Below, in pieces: positions 1-10,639 of a stretch of 64,000 bases of DNA. Source of the DNA: Bacillota bacterium (GTDB taxonomy: Bacteria; Bacillota; Clostridia; Ch29); the NCBI GenBank assembly GCA_040766775.1, contig JAXGPT010000002.1, positions 34,607 to 98,606 of the forward strand, written 5' to 3'. The notes below the pieces were generated by a model. That model saw nothing but the letters and a program-made list of their open reading frames with translations, made no database searches and had not been told where the DNA came from. Made by a program: the position numbers and the translations under genes. Every line of letters starts with the position of its first letter. Within the stretch, counting starts at the first letter, position 1.

Positions 1-1059
1 TATGACTTAAGCGAAGGTGGGGCCGATGAAAACAAAACCTTGGCTGGTATATTAAGCGACATAAACAAAAACACTGGCGCTGGAGTGCTAGCCTATTACG
101 ATTCGGTGACCGACAAGATAGTAATTAAGTCAAAGGACTACGGTGTGGGAGCTGAAGTTTCGATAGAAAACCTCGAGGGAAATCTTTTCGGAGCCGGCGG
201 TGCGCTGCAAATTGACGACGGCATAAGCTTTGGCAAGAACTCGCAGATAGAGCTGAACGGGGTTGTAATAAACAAGAACAGCAACAGATTCACAATAGAG
301 GGCTTAAGCTTTTATCTCAAGGAGACCTCCGACGAAACGGTAGTTATTAACGTGGCAAGGGATACCCAGGGGGCCTTCGATGCCATAAAGAACTTCGTGG
401 ATGAGTATAATAAAGTAATAGAAACTATAAACAGCAAGCTGTACGAGGAAAGGTTCAGGGACTATCCACCGCTGACCGATGAGCAGAAGGAAACCATGAG
501 TGACAGGGAAGTGGAATTGTGGGAGCAAAAGGCAAGGAGCGGGCTTTTGAGAAACGACCCCGTGCTGAGCTCGATAGTGAGCCAAATGAGGACCCTTATG
601 TATCAAAAGGTGGAGGGTACCGGTTCGGTTTACAATACTTTAAGCTCCATAGGTATAAAGACAAGGGACTACAAGGAATTTGGCAAGCTCCACATTGACG
701 AGAACAGGCTGAGGGAAGCCCTCAATAACGACCTGGAGGGTGTTGTGAGCCTGTTTAGCCAAAGCGGCGAGGTGGACAGTCAAAGGGGCCTTGCCGTCAG
801 ACTCTACGATGCTGTAAACAGCGGCATTACCCGGCTGTCCGACAAGGCGGGAAGCTCCACCAGCCTCATTACCTATGACAACAGCTATATAGGTAAAAGA
901 ATTAGGGACATGGACAAGAGAATTGAAAGCATGGAGGAATACCTATTCCAGCTTGAGGATAAGTACTGGAGACAATTCACTGCCATGGAGAAGGCATTGA
1001 ACGAGATGTACTCTCAAAGCATGTGGCTTTCACAGCAGCTTATGTTTTGGGGTAATTGA
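1..1059 (+). CDS. fliD: Flagellar filament capping protein FliD (hook-associated protein 2), C-terminal part; 5' end lies outside the window
   Basis: 339-aa ORF with typical FliD C-terminal coiled-coil; followed by fliS and a fliT-like gene as in B. subtilis. Confidence 0.75.
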   Translation, partial: YDLSEGGADENKTLAGILSDINKNTGAGVLAYYDSVTDKIVIKSKDYGVGAEVSIENLEGNLFGAGGALQIDDGISFGKNSQIELNGVVINKNSNRFTIEGLSFYLKETSDETVVINVARDTQGAFDAIKNFVDEYNKVIETINSKLYEERFRDYPPLTDEQKETMSDREVELWEQKARSGLLRNDPVLSSIVSQMRTLMYQKVEGTGSVYNTLSSIGIKTRDYKEFGKLHIDENRLREALNNDLEGVVSLFSQSGEVDSQRGLAVRLYDAVNSGITRLSDKAGSSTSLITYDNSYIGKRIRDMDKRIESMEEYLFQLEDKYWRQFTAMEKALNEMYSQSMWLSQQLMFWGN

Positions 1060-1469
1060 TAAACGGGGGGAGAAGCAAATTGGGAATTCCAAATGCGTAT
1101 AAAAGCTATAAGGAAAACTCGGTGACCACTGCCTGTCCTGAGGAATTGGTGGTGCTGATGTACAGGGGATTGGAAAAGTATATTAAACAGGGACAAATAT
1201 ACATAAAGGAAGGGAATTTCGAAAAAACCAACGAGGTACTGTTGAAGGCCCAGGACATTGTATGCGAACTGATGTTTTCGCTGGACATGGATGTCGAAAT
1301 GTCCGGGCCGTTGTATGCCCTTTATGACTTCTTGCTGAACTGCCTAATAGAAGGCAACATCAAGAAAGAAATCTCCATACTGCAGCAGGCCCTTGGCATA
1401 GTGTCCGGGCTTAGGGAAGCCTGGGAAGACGCTCTTATAAGCGTTAGACAGATAAAATACGGGAAATAG
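1056..1469 (+). CDS. fliS: Flagellar export chaperone FliS
   Basis: 137-aa ORF with FliS-like motifs (NAYKSY...TASPEEL); alternative TTG start near 1080 has a GGGGGAG RBS. Confidence 0.8.
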   Translation: MINGGRSKLGIPNAYKSYKENSVTTACPEELVVLMYRGLEKYIKQGQIYIKEGNFEKTNEVLLKAQDIVCELMFSLDMDVEMSGPLYALYDFLLNCLIEGNIKKEISILQQALGIVSGLREAWEDALISVRQIKYGK

Positions 1470-1483
1470 GGGGATACCTGGGG

Positions 1484-1957
1484 ATGGCCTACCTAAAAAA
1501 ATTAATTAGGTACAGCGAGGAAAAGCTGGATAAGCTGAAACAGATTGAAGAGATTACCATGCAGCAGAAGGCTGCTATTGACAGCCAAGACTATGCGGCG
1601 CTTAGTTCACTTGTTGAGGAAAAACAAAAAGTAATAGACTACATAGACTGGTGTGACAGCGCCTTTCAGGAGGAGCTCGAGAAGGTCAAAAGAAGACTGG
1701 GGGTAAAATCCATTAAGGACATAGGGGAAGCGGAGGACAAGGAAGAAAAGAAGGCCCTTGTTGACATTATTGGAATGGTCATTGAGACAATAGAGAAAAT
1801 ACAAGTCTTGGAAAGGGAGAACCAAAAGAAACTTCTCGAGTCCATGGACCAGGTAAAGGAAAAGTTAAGAAAAATAAGGAACGGGCAAAAAAGCGTTGCG
1901 GTATATGACAGCGGTATGGGCCTGGCATCCGGCAGTTTTTTGGATAAGAAAAAATAG
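1484..1957 (+). CDS. Coiled-coil flagellar protein, FliT/FlgN-like
   Basis: 157-aa charged helical protein in the position after fliS. Confidence 0.5.
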   Translation: MAYLKKLIRYSEEKLDKLKQIEEITMQQKAAIDSQDYAALSSLVEEKQKVIDYIDWCDSAFQEELEKVKRRLGVKSIKDIGEAEDKEEKKALVDIIGMVIETIEKIQVLERENQKKLLESMDQVKEKLRKIRNGQKSVAVYDSGMGLASGSFLDKKK

Positions 1958-1995
1958 GAGAGATTGATGAGAAACGCTGCCGATGGTATAATGAA

Positions 1996-2222
1996 ATTAA
2001 AGTTGAATAAAGCTTATTCGGGTCTGTGGTTGAAAGTCGATGCTAACCGCAGGCGAAGCGACCCACGTAAGCCGGTAAAAGTGCCGGTGAGCATGGTGCG
2101 GTTTAGGTGTAAGTCCTGCCTGCCGGGGATGGTCCCGGTGGAGACGGGGGGTAGTGAGGGCGTAATGCCGGAGCGAGACCTGCAGCAGGCGAGTGTGGGG
2201 TCAAAGACCAGGTCAGCCGAAT
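1996..2222 (+). ncRNA. Candidate structured ncRNA (raiA-motif-like) between fliT and hpf
   Basis: ~227-nt GC-rich block (~60% GC) in an AT-rich intergenic region; ends form a perfect 12-bp closing helix (aagcttattcgg...ccgaataagctt); the raiA motif is known to sit next to raiA/hpf in Firmicutes; the 86-aa ORF 1964..2224 over it looks spurious. Confidence 0.4.
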
Positions 2223-2330
2223 AAGCTTTATTTTTTATTTTACACTATTCGTTTTATTACTTCATATTTTTCCTTTTTGGGGTTAAAGTTGACATTAAAG
2301 TAATGATAATAAGCATAATTCGACATGGAT

Positions 2331-2427
2331 TTATCCACAGGTTTTGGACGCATTATTCACATCTATTAATGCAGAAACATGGGTTATTCACATAGTTATG
2401 CACATTATCCACATTTTTTGTTTCCAC
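2331..2427 (+). promoter_or_regulatory. DnaA-box cluster upstream of hpf
   Basis: TTATCCACA at 2331-2339 and 2405-2413 (perfect); TTATTCACA at 2354-2362 and 2385-2393 (8/9); weaker tTTCCACA at 2419-2427; all same orientation, ~25-30 bp spacing. Confidence 0.55.
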
Positions 2428-2643
2428 AAAACTGAACAATCGACTATCAAAATACTTAACTTTAACAATTCGGTGGTGGTAATATTTTTGTATTTTCCTG
2501 CGAATAGTTTTAATTGGACACAATTGGATATAAATATAATAAAAGATTATAATAAAATCAACACCTCAATACGAATAAACAACACTGCAATCTGGCATGT
2601 CAATTCTTAAAAACCATTACGATTATGATAGCATCTGGATTTT

Positions 2644-3171
2644 ATGCGTATTATTACGAGTGGGAAAAACATGGAAATAACCGATGCCTTTAGGGACACC
2701 ATTGAACGGAAGCTGGGAAAGCTGGGAAAGTTTTTTCATAAGGACACCGAGGCCCAGGTAACGCTCAACGTTGAAAAAAACCGGCACATAATAGAGGTCA
2801 CCATCCCCTTTGACGGAGTACTGATAAGGGCGGAAGAATGCACCGACGATATGTATACGTCCATAGACAAGGCAGTGGATAAACTGGAGCGCCAGATTAG
2901 CAAACATAAAACCAAGCTGGAAAAGAGATTTCGCGGAAGCAAGATGCTCTTTGAAAACATAGAGGCTACAGGGAAAGAGGACCTGGATAGGCCGAAGGTG
3001 GTAAGGACCAAAAGATTCGCCATGAAACCCATGCCCGTAGAAGAGGCTATTCTACAAATGGAACTTTTAGGCCATAACTTCTTTGTTTTTTCAAACGGTG
3101 ATACCGAAGAGGTAAACGTTGTATATAAAAGAAAGGACGGAAATTACGGTTTGATTGAGCCCATGTTCTAA
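2644..3171 (+). CDS. hpf: Ribosome hibernation promoting factor (long HPF/YvyD/RaiA family)
   Basis: 175 aa; N-terminus MRIITSGKNMEITDAFRD matches the YvyD N-terminus; position between fliT and secA as in B. subtilis. Confidence 0.85.
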   Translation: MRIITSGKNMEITDAFRDTIERKLGKLGKFFHKDTEAQVTLNVEKNRHIIEVTIPFDGVLIRAEECTDDMYTSIDKAVDKLERQISKHKTKLEKRFRGSKMLFENIEATGKEDLDRPKVVRTKRFAMKPMPVEEAILQMELLGHNFFVFSNGDTEEVNVVYKRKDGNYGLIEPMF

Positions 3172-3189
3172 ATGTAGTGAGAGAAATGT

Positions 3190-3220
3190 GGCAGTGGAAT
3201 TTATATTCCACTGCCTTTTT
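3190..3220 (+). terminator. Intrinsic terminator of hpf (also the insertion target of intron copy 1)
   Basis: 11-bp stem ggcagtggaat/attccactgcc, 4-nt loop, then TTTTT. Confidence 0.75.
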
Positions 3221-5149
3221 ATGTTCGCCCGACATGGGCAGTAACTAGGCGGTGAAAGTCCGCTATGGGCTTGGTAGTGGGAACCATTAGCTAAACAGCA
3301 AGGGTGTTCACCGTGAGGTGAAATTGAGGAAGCTGCAGGCAAAGTCCTGCACTGACGGACAGGAACTGTGACATAAGGTATACGTGGAACGGACGAGTTT
3401 GCCACCAAAACGAAGTCCAACACTACCCGAATTCCACGGTGTAAATGCAGCGGTGACATGGGATGAAAGTTACTGTTCTTAATCGGGAGGTCTGGGTTGG
3501 CAGGGGTACGTCAGGCAGGGAATGAATTTTCCTCATGATAACCCATGCAGCGATGTATGGCCGAGCCTGTCAGAAGTCAAGAAGAGGTCATAGTACCATA
3601 CCGGATATATACGGAATGGGAAGGACCGAACGGAAGGATGTTTTGGTATTGTGAAGCACACTACGAAATGCGATGAGCGCAGCCAACTTCATACTGAAGA
3701 CTTACCTGTGTGAGGATAGGTGGAACCTGAAAGAAGTATGGAGCGTAGAGCATTTCGTTTACGTCTTCCAAAGACCAAAACGATGGCAAATGAGTATGCT
3801 GGAAGCTTGCTTGATAAAATACTTCTGACCGAGACAACATGAACAAGGCATACAAGAGGGTTAAGTCAAACAAAGGCAGCCATGGAATTGATGGAATGAC
3901 AGTAGATGAACTTCTACAGTTTCTGAAAGAAAAAATGGTGAGCAAATCAGGCAGTGTATCCGAGGGTACTTACGCAAGCCAAAACCTGTGCGGCGGATAG
4001 AGATAACAAAGCTGGCGGGAAAAAGACTACTTGCATACCAACAGTAGTGGACAGAGTAAGTGCAACAGGCAATAGCCCAGGTATTAAGCCCAATCTTGGA
4101 GAAGCGTGTTCTCGGAATTGAGCTTGCGGTTCAGGCCGGGCGACGCAAAACAGGCGGTATTGAAATGCATGAATACATAGAAGCAGGCTACGACTGGGGC
4201 TGTGGATATACGGACTTTGCGAAATACTTTGATACCGTAAACCACGACAAATTGATGGGCCTAATCCATAAAACCGTTAAGGATAGGGAGTAATATCACT
4301 TATCCGCAAATTCTTCAATCAGGAGTAATGATAAATGGAGTAGTGGTGGAAACGGAAGAGGGCTGTCCGCAGGTGGCCCCTTGGCGCCCGCTGCTATCCA
4401 ATATCATGCTGAATGAACTGGATAAGGAACTAGAAAGAAGGGGGCTTAAATTTCTGCCGGTACGATGATGTAAACATATACGTCAGAAGCAGGAAGGCAG
4501 CAGAAAGGGTAATGGCCAGTGTTACACGGTTTATCGAAGACGATTTAAAACTTCTCTAAGGTAAACCGTGAAAAGAGTACTGTTGATACAGGCTATGGCG
4601 GCTGAAATTTTTAGGTTTTCCTTTTACCGTAAAGATAGTGGTATAGGGATAAGGGTGCACCCAAGGTCACTACGAAGCTTAAATCCAAGCACAAAGGAGA
4701 TAACCTCAAGGAGTAATGCTATGAGCATGGAATACAGGATATTTAAACTGAACCAGAGCATTACCGGCTGTAAACTACTTTAGCCTGGCGGACATGAAAG
4801 CAATAGCTGCTAAACTTGACGGGTGGATAAGGCGCAGGATAAGAATGTGCTATTGAAACAGTGGAAGAAAGTTAGTACAAAGCACAGAAACCTTGTAAGG
4901 TTAGGTATAGATAACTACAAGCAAGTGGCTTTAGCAGTATACAACACGAGAAAAGCTACTGGTATACAGCCATTAAAGGCTTTATCCTTATTAAATCCAT
5001 CACCAATGAATACCTAAAAAGTTTGGGTCTAAAAGTCAGTATCCGAAAGATATTCATTAGTCCATTAAATATCTCGCTGAACTGCCGTATGCCGGACGGC
5101 ACGTACTATATGGTGAGAGGACGGGGGTTAATCATCCCTCCTACTCGAT
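3221..5149 (+). mobile_element. Group II intron copy 1 (class-C-like; inserted right after a terminator); reverse-transcriptase/maturase ORF decayed
   Basis: ~1.93 kb, >90% identical to 25371-27298; group II RT motifs (MNKAYKRVKSNKGSHGIDG.., PTVVDRVVQQAIAQVLSPI..) split by many stops/frameshifts; YADD motif deleted in this copy; domain V/VI-like 3' end ...gccgtatgccggacggcacgtac...ctactcgAT. Confidence 0.8.
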
Positions 5150-5309
5150 TTTTGTTGGTAAAATAAAGGAATTCATGAATTTAAGTAGAATTATATAAAT
5201 ATCCGTTTGGAATAGGAACCGGTGTAGTTAACAGTAGACTGATGGGAAGGAAAAGTATACCGGCTTACCATAACTGCTGAAGAGAGGGAAACAATGTGGT
5301 AAAAGCAGA

Positions 5310-5681
5310 ATGTCACAGAGACTGCCTTACAAGAACTTATTAATGATATTGAGGGTAATAGTTTCTTCCAAGGTCAAGCTGGATGATACAGGTAACCTAG
5401 TAGAAATACATGCACTGGCCGACAAGTCTAGGAATGCCAAGCAGATAGTGAGGGATATCCAGTCGGCTGTTACAGCCAAATTTGACCTGGAGATTGACCA
5501 TAGGATAATAAGCATTGCCCAGCTGAGTTGTGACAGTGTAATGCAAAAGGACCTGCGTATTGTATTCAAGGGAATGGAGGTTGCAAGCAAGGGGCTGGAG
5601 CTTGATGTTAAGGTTATGCTTTTCACAGAGAGAAGGATTACTGCGGCAGTCAAAAGGGTATTAACACGACTACCAGCATAA
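5310..5681 (+). CDS. Hypothetical protein
   Basis: 123-aa ORF; no family recognised. Confidence 0.35.
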   Translation: MSQRLPYKNLLMILRVIVSSKVKLDDTGNLVEIHALADKSRNAKQIVRDIQSAVTAKFDLEIDHRIISIAQLSCDSVMQKDLRIVFKGMEVASKGLELDVKVMLFTERRITAAVKRVLTRLPA

Positions 5682-5713
5682 ACAGAACCATAGCCCAGGC
5701 GACACTGAAAGCC

Positions 5714-5938
5714 TTGTCAGATTTTTTAAATATCGGGGAAATCTTTGTGGTGGAGGATGTGGGGACTCTCAACATAGCCAAAACAAATGTGGTGGTGGTA
5801 GCTGTTACGTGTGTCGATAAAAACGGGGAGCAGCTCCTTATAGGTTCTTCTATGAATTTGGGGGATATAAAGGAAGCAGTGGTCAAAGCAACTTTAGACG
5901 CGGTAAACAGAAGGATAACCAAATTAACGGGCAGATAA
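5714..5938 (+). CDS. Hypothetical protein
   Basis: 74-aa ORF directly downstream of 5310..5681; no family recognised. Confidence 0.35.
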   Translation: MSDFLNIGEIFVVEDVGTLNIAKTNVVVVAVTCVDKNGEQLLIGSSMNLGDIKEAVVKATLDAVNRRITKLTGR

Positions 5939-6149
5939 CTCTATAATTCAGGCCGGCACAGATAGCTTAAGCGGAGATGGTATATTATTTAGTTAGGCGT
6001 GAAAGCAGACAAATGAGTAAAGGAGGCTATATCCATGGCAAAGGTAATAAGCGTTCTGTTGTCGTTGATGACTTCTGTACTTAGCTGGCGGCGCCGGCTG
6101 GAGTTGGAAATAAAACCTATTATGCCGGCCTGAATTGGAGTTATGTCAG

Positions 6150-7420
6150 CCTAATGAGAATAAACAATGGACAGACTTCCTGTGAAAGCGTGAAAATTGA
6201 TAATTGGAGCAACTGTTATTATTGCAATAATATTAGGGATATTCTTTTAACGTATGGGGACTGGAAAAAGATATTGGAGAAGTAGTGTTTTTTGTTGTTT
6301 TGGCTACAATAGGCGAGTCATTAAGCATCGCTTTACCTAACCAAATCAGCGTTTCTGTGGTGTTCTCGTACATTTTGTTTGCATTGTAATGCTGTTCAAT
6401 CCTCTGACGGCAGGTTTACTAGTCGGGGGCTGGCCATTTAATGTTTGGTGTATAAGAGAGAAGGAAAATCGGGCAGTCTATTCAATACCCTTTATAAAAC
6501 AGTCTTTAATGTATGCACTGCTTTCGTTTCATCGGTTGTATCCGGTATAGTATACAGCTACCTATATGTGCCCGGGGGATATATAAACCTGGCAAGTGTT
6601 ATACTGCCGATTTCAATAGCATCTCTTGTTTACCTGGCGGTAAATTCTTCCACTGTTGTGCTATTGATTTCAAATCTGTTGAACAAGACCATCAGGTCTA
6701 TTTGGAAACAGAATGTTAATTGCAGGCAAAACTACCTAATAATGTCACCCCTTGGAGTAATACTGGCTATTGCATATCAAAACTACGGGTACTTTGGAAT
6801 ACTTTTATTTTTGGCCCGCTGCTTATGGCAAGATACCTTTAAACTGTATATCGAATTGAAGAGCAGCTACTCCGAAAACCATACAGGCCCTGTCCAGTGG
6901 ACACACTGAGGCCAAGGACCCGGTGACCAGCGGTCATGCCGAGCTGCAAGCTTATATCTTCGACAGTTATAGCCTGGGGGATGGGACTTTCGGAAGCCAG
7001 GATAGACAATATAATGTATGCGGGAATTCTCCACGATATCGGTAAAATAGGTATATCCGACAATGTTTTGCAAAAACCGCAGGCTTACCGGATGAATATG
7101 ATAAGATAAAGGAGCATTCCGCCATTGGTGCAGATATATTAAGGGACATTGACTTCTTAAGGGATGCTTCCAGAATAATCCGGCATCACCATGAGCGCTA
7201 TGACGGTAAAGGATATCCTGACGGTATAGGCGGAGAAGGGGTGCTCATTGAATCATATATCCTTGGAGGGGCCGATGCCTTTGATGCCATGACCAACGAC
7301 AGGCCGTACAGAAAAGCGTTGACAGCGGAAGGTCTTCCGGGATGATTATGAACAGGCGGGAAAGCAGTTCCATCCCCGGGTGGCGGATACTTTTGTTAAA
7401 CTATTTGATAAGGGTTGTTG
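6150..7420 (+). pseudogene. Membrane-anchored HD-GYP phosphodiesterase, multiply frameshifted
   Basis: TM-rich N-terminal pieces (6150-6909) then HD-GYP motifs in shifting frames: LHDIGKIGI, HHERYDGKGYPDG, GADAFDAMTNDRPYRKA. Confidence 0.6.
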
Positions 7421-8013
7421 AAACGTGCTGATTGAAGGCGCCTTGTTTTCGCTAATAATAGGCAAATTACGCGGGGGAAAGTTTAAGAGCTTGTGTAGGT
7501 GACAATACACCACCCATGGATGTTTATACTTCACTTTGTAATAGAATTCGAACCCTGTTTGCGGTAGCGGCCGGTATAATAGAGGTTGGTGCCAGTGACT
7601 GTATATACCTTCATTCCTTGTCATACTTATTCTGTTTATAGCGATAATATCCAACAGGAGCATCCGGCCATGTGGATCTTTTCTTGTGTGCTGTTAAATT
7701 TCATTGTGATATTCATAAACGGAGGGGCAAATGCCCATATCCTTATAAGGCCTGCAGAGGGCGGGACTGAAAAAGAAGCACAGATTATTTCCGCCGGCGG
7801 TATCATTACGCACCAGGCCCCTTACCCCTGGATACCAAGCTCTTTCTTGCGGATGTAATAGTTCTTCCTCCGCCATATCCTTTCCTGCTCGATGAGCATA
7901 GGCGACTTCATTATTTGCCCTAGTAATACTGTTTGTCCAAAAGGCAATGCTGCAAGAAAAATAGCGAGGCAGAGCCGGATGATATGTTTAAATATAAAGC
8001 AGAATCTAAATAT

Positions 8014-8037
8014 CGCCCCGTTAAGGGGTTTTTTTAA
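8014..8037 (+). terminator. Intrinsic terminator inside the ~700-bp non-coding gap upstream of secA
   Basis: cccc-gttaa-gggg hairpin followed by T7. Confidence 0.5.
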
Positions 8038-8144
8038 TGTGCCGCCTCACCTTAATTTTAAAGAGGTATGCCACATTTCTCTTAATTGCCTATTGGTTTA
8101 TTTCATGATAGAATTTACTTTGAATTAAAGACGAGGTGTTGGAT

Positions 8145-10639
8145 ATGGCAAATTTTTTATCAAAAATCCTGGGCAATACTAAATGAGAGGGAAATTAAAA
8201 AGCAACAAAACGGTGGAAGCGATAGAGGCACTGGAGGGGCAGATGAAGGCCCTCAGCGATGAACAGCTTAGGCAAAAGACCGATGAGTTTAAAAAAAGGC
8301 TTGCTGCGGGAGAAACCCTTGACGACCTGCTGGTGGAAGCCTTCGCGGTGGTAAGGGAGGCGTCGGTCAGGGTTCTAAATATGAGGCATTTCCCGGTGCA
8401 GCTTGCGGGAGGCATTGTGCTGCACCAGGCAGGATTGCCGAAATGAAAAACTGGCGGCTGCAAACCCGGTAGCGACACTGCCGGGTTACCTTAACGCCCT
8501 CTCCGGAAAGCGGGTTCATATAGTCACCGTTAACGATTACTTCCGGGAAGCAACAGGGACAGCCAGTGATGGGCGAAGTGTACAAGTTTCTGGGGCTGGA
8601 GGTCGGGTTTACGTCGGCCCGGACTTTGAACAGCGTAAAAAAGTCCTACAACGCTGACATAACCTTCGGTACCAACAACGAGTTTGGTTTTGACTACCTG
8701 AGGGATAACATGGTTATATACAAGGAGCAGATGGTGCAAAGGGGACTTAACTATGCCATAATAGACGAGGTGGACAGCATACTGATAGACGAGGCCAGGA
8801 CCCCGTTGATAATTTCCGGTGTCGGCGAGAAGTCCACCAAGCTTTATTCGGTGGTGGACACCTTTGTAAGGGGTCTAAGACCGGAGGAACACTTCACGGT
8901 GGACGAAAAGGCCAACACCGTAACGCTGACCGAAGAGGGAGTAAGGAAGGCGGAACAATATTTCAACCTGGAAAACCTGGCGGACCCGGAGAACATGGAG
9001 ATATCCCACCATATAAACCAGGCCCTCAAGGCTCACCGGCTTATGTCCCGTGATATTGACTACGTGGTGAAGGACAACCAGGTTATAATAGTTGACGAGT
9101 TTACCGGAAGACTAATGTTCGGCAGGCGGTACAGCGACGGGCTGCACCAGGCCATAGAAGCCAAGGAGAGGGTTAAGGTTGAAAGGGAATCCAAAACCCT
9201 GGCCACCATAACCTTCCAGAATTATTTCAGGATGTACAGCAAATTGGCAGGAATGACGGGTACCGCCAAGACCGAGGAGGAGGAATTCCGGGCTATCTAT
9301 GGCATGGACGTTGTGGAGATACCCACTAACATGCCCATGATAAGGGACGACCTGCCGGATATTGTATACCGGACCACCGAGGGAAAGTTTAAGGCGGTGC
9401 TAGAGGACATTATACAAAGGCATGCGGCTGGGCAGCCTATACTTGTGGGAACCATTAGCATAGAAAAATCAGAACTTTTGAGCAGGATGCTGCAAAGAAG
9501 GGGTGTGCCCCACGAGGTTCTAAACGCCAAGTACCATGAGAAGGAAGCCCAGATTATAGCACAGGCGGGTCAACGGGGTGCGGTGACCATATCCACCAAC
9601 ATGGCGGGCAGGGGTACCGACATAGTTCTCGGTGAAGGCGTTAAGGAACTGGGCGGACTGCATGTAATAGGCACCGAGCGGCATGAGAGCAGGAGGATTG
9701 ACAACCAGCTTCGAGGCCGGTCGGGAAGGCAGGGGGACCCCGGTTCTTCGCAGTTTTACATTTCCATGGAAGATGAACTGATGAGGCTTTTCGGGTCGGA
9801 GCGGATAATGGGCATGATAGACAAACTGGGCTTTGATGACACACAGCCCATTGAACACCCCATCCTGAGCAAGTCGATAGAGAATGCCCAGAAAAAGGTG
9901 GAGGCTCGAAACTTTGATATAAGGAAGCATGTGCTGCAGTATGACGATGTAATGAACAAGCAGAGGGAAGTAATTTATGCCCAGCGCAGAATGGTGCTGG
10001 AGGGGGAGAACCTGAAAGAACAGGTCCTCGAGATGATAAGCGACGTCATAGATTCAATGCTGGATATTTATACCTCCCACAGCCAGTACCCCGAGGAATG
10101 GGACTTAAAGGGCCTTGAAACCTACGCGAGAAAGGTGTTTGTAATTAAAGACCCTCTGCCCTTTGGAAACCCCGAGGACCTAACCCGGGATATTCTTAAG
10201 GATATGCTTATGGAAAAGGCCATTGGAATTTATAACGAGAAGGAAGAAAAGATTGGCTCCGAACAGATGAGGGAACTGGAAAGGGTAATACTGCTCCGGG
10301 TTGTGGACATGAAGTGGATGGAAAACATAGACAACATGGACCAGCTGAGGCAGGGTATTGGCCTTAGGGCGTACGGGCAGGAGGACCCGGTTATAGCGTA
10401 CCAGAAGGAAGGCTACGAGATGTTCCAGGAAATGATAAATTCAATAAAGGAAGACACGGTAAGCTACCTGTTCGGGGTTAGGATAGAGCAGGTGCCAAAA
10501 AGGAAAGGGTGGCCCAGCCGGTGGAGGCAAGCCAGGGGGAAGGAGCCAAGAAACCGGTCAAAAAAGAGGGCAAGGTGGGCAGGAACGACCCCTGTCCCTG
10601 CGGAAGCGGCAAGAAATTCAAAAAGTGCTGTGGTAGGTA
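8145..10639 (+). CDS. secA: Preprotein translocase ATPase SecA (at least 5 frameshifts in this assembly)
   Basis: [10 protein letters not shown].., [62 protein letters not shown] and the Zn-finger tail [18 protein letters not shown] all present but in different frames; RBS before ATG 8145. Confidence 0.85.

Noticed and set aside
1964-2224. 86-aa ORF (MMRNAADGIMKLKLNKAYSGLWLKVDANRRRSDPRKPVK...)
   Set aside because: No RBS, Arg/Gly-rich low-complexity product, and it lies exactly over a GC-rich helix-closed element; more likely a structured RNA than a CDS.
2331-2427. Possible chromosomal origin (oriC) because of DnaA boxes
   Set aside because: No dnaA/dnaN nearby, no AT-rich DUE with 27-mer repeats, and the second cluster is 15 kb away; better explained as DnaA-box clusters.
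3221-5149. Intron-internal ORFs (4060-4293, 4568-4783, 4823-5017) as separate genes
   Set aside because: They are fragments of a single decayed group II intron reverse transcriptase/maturase.
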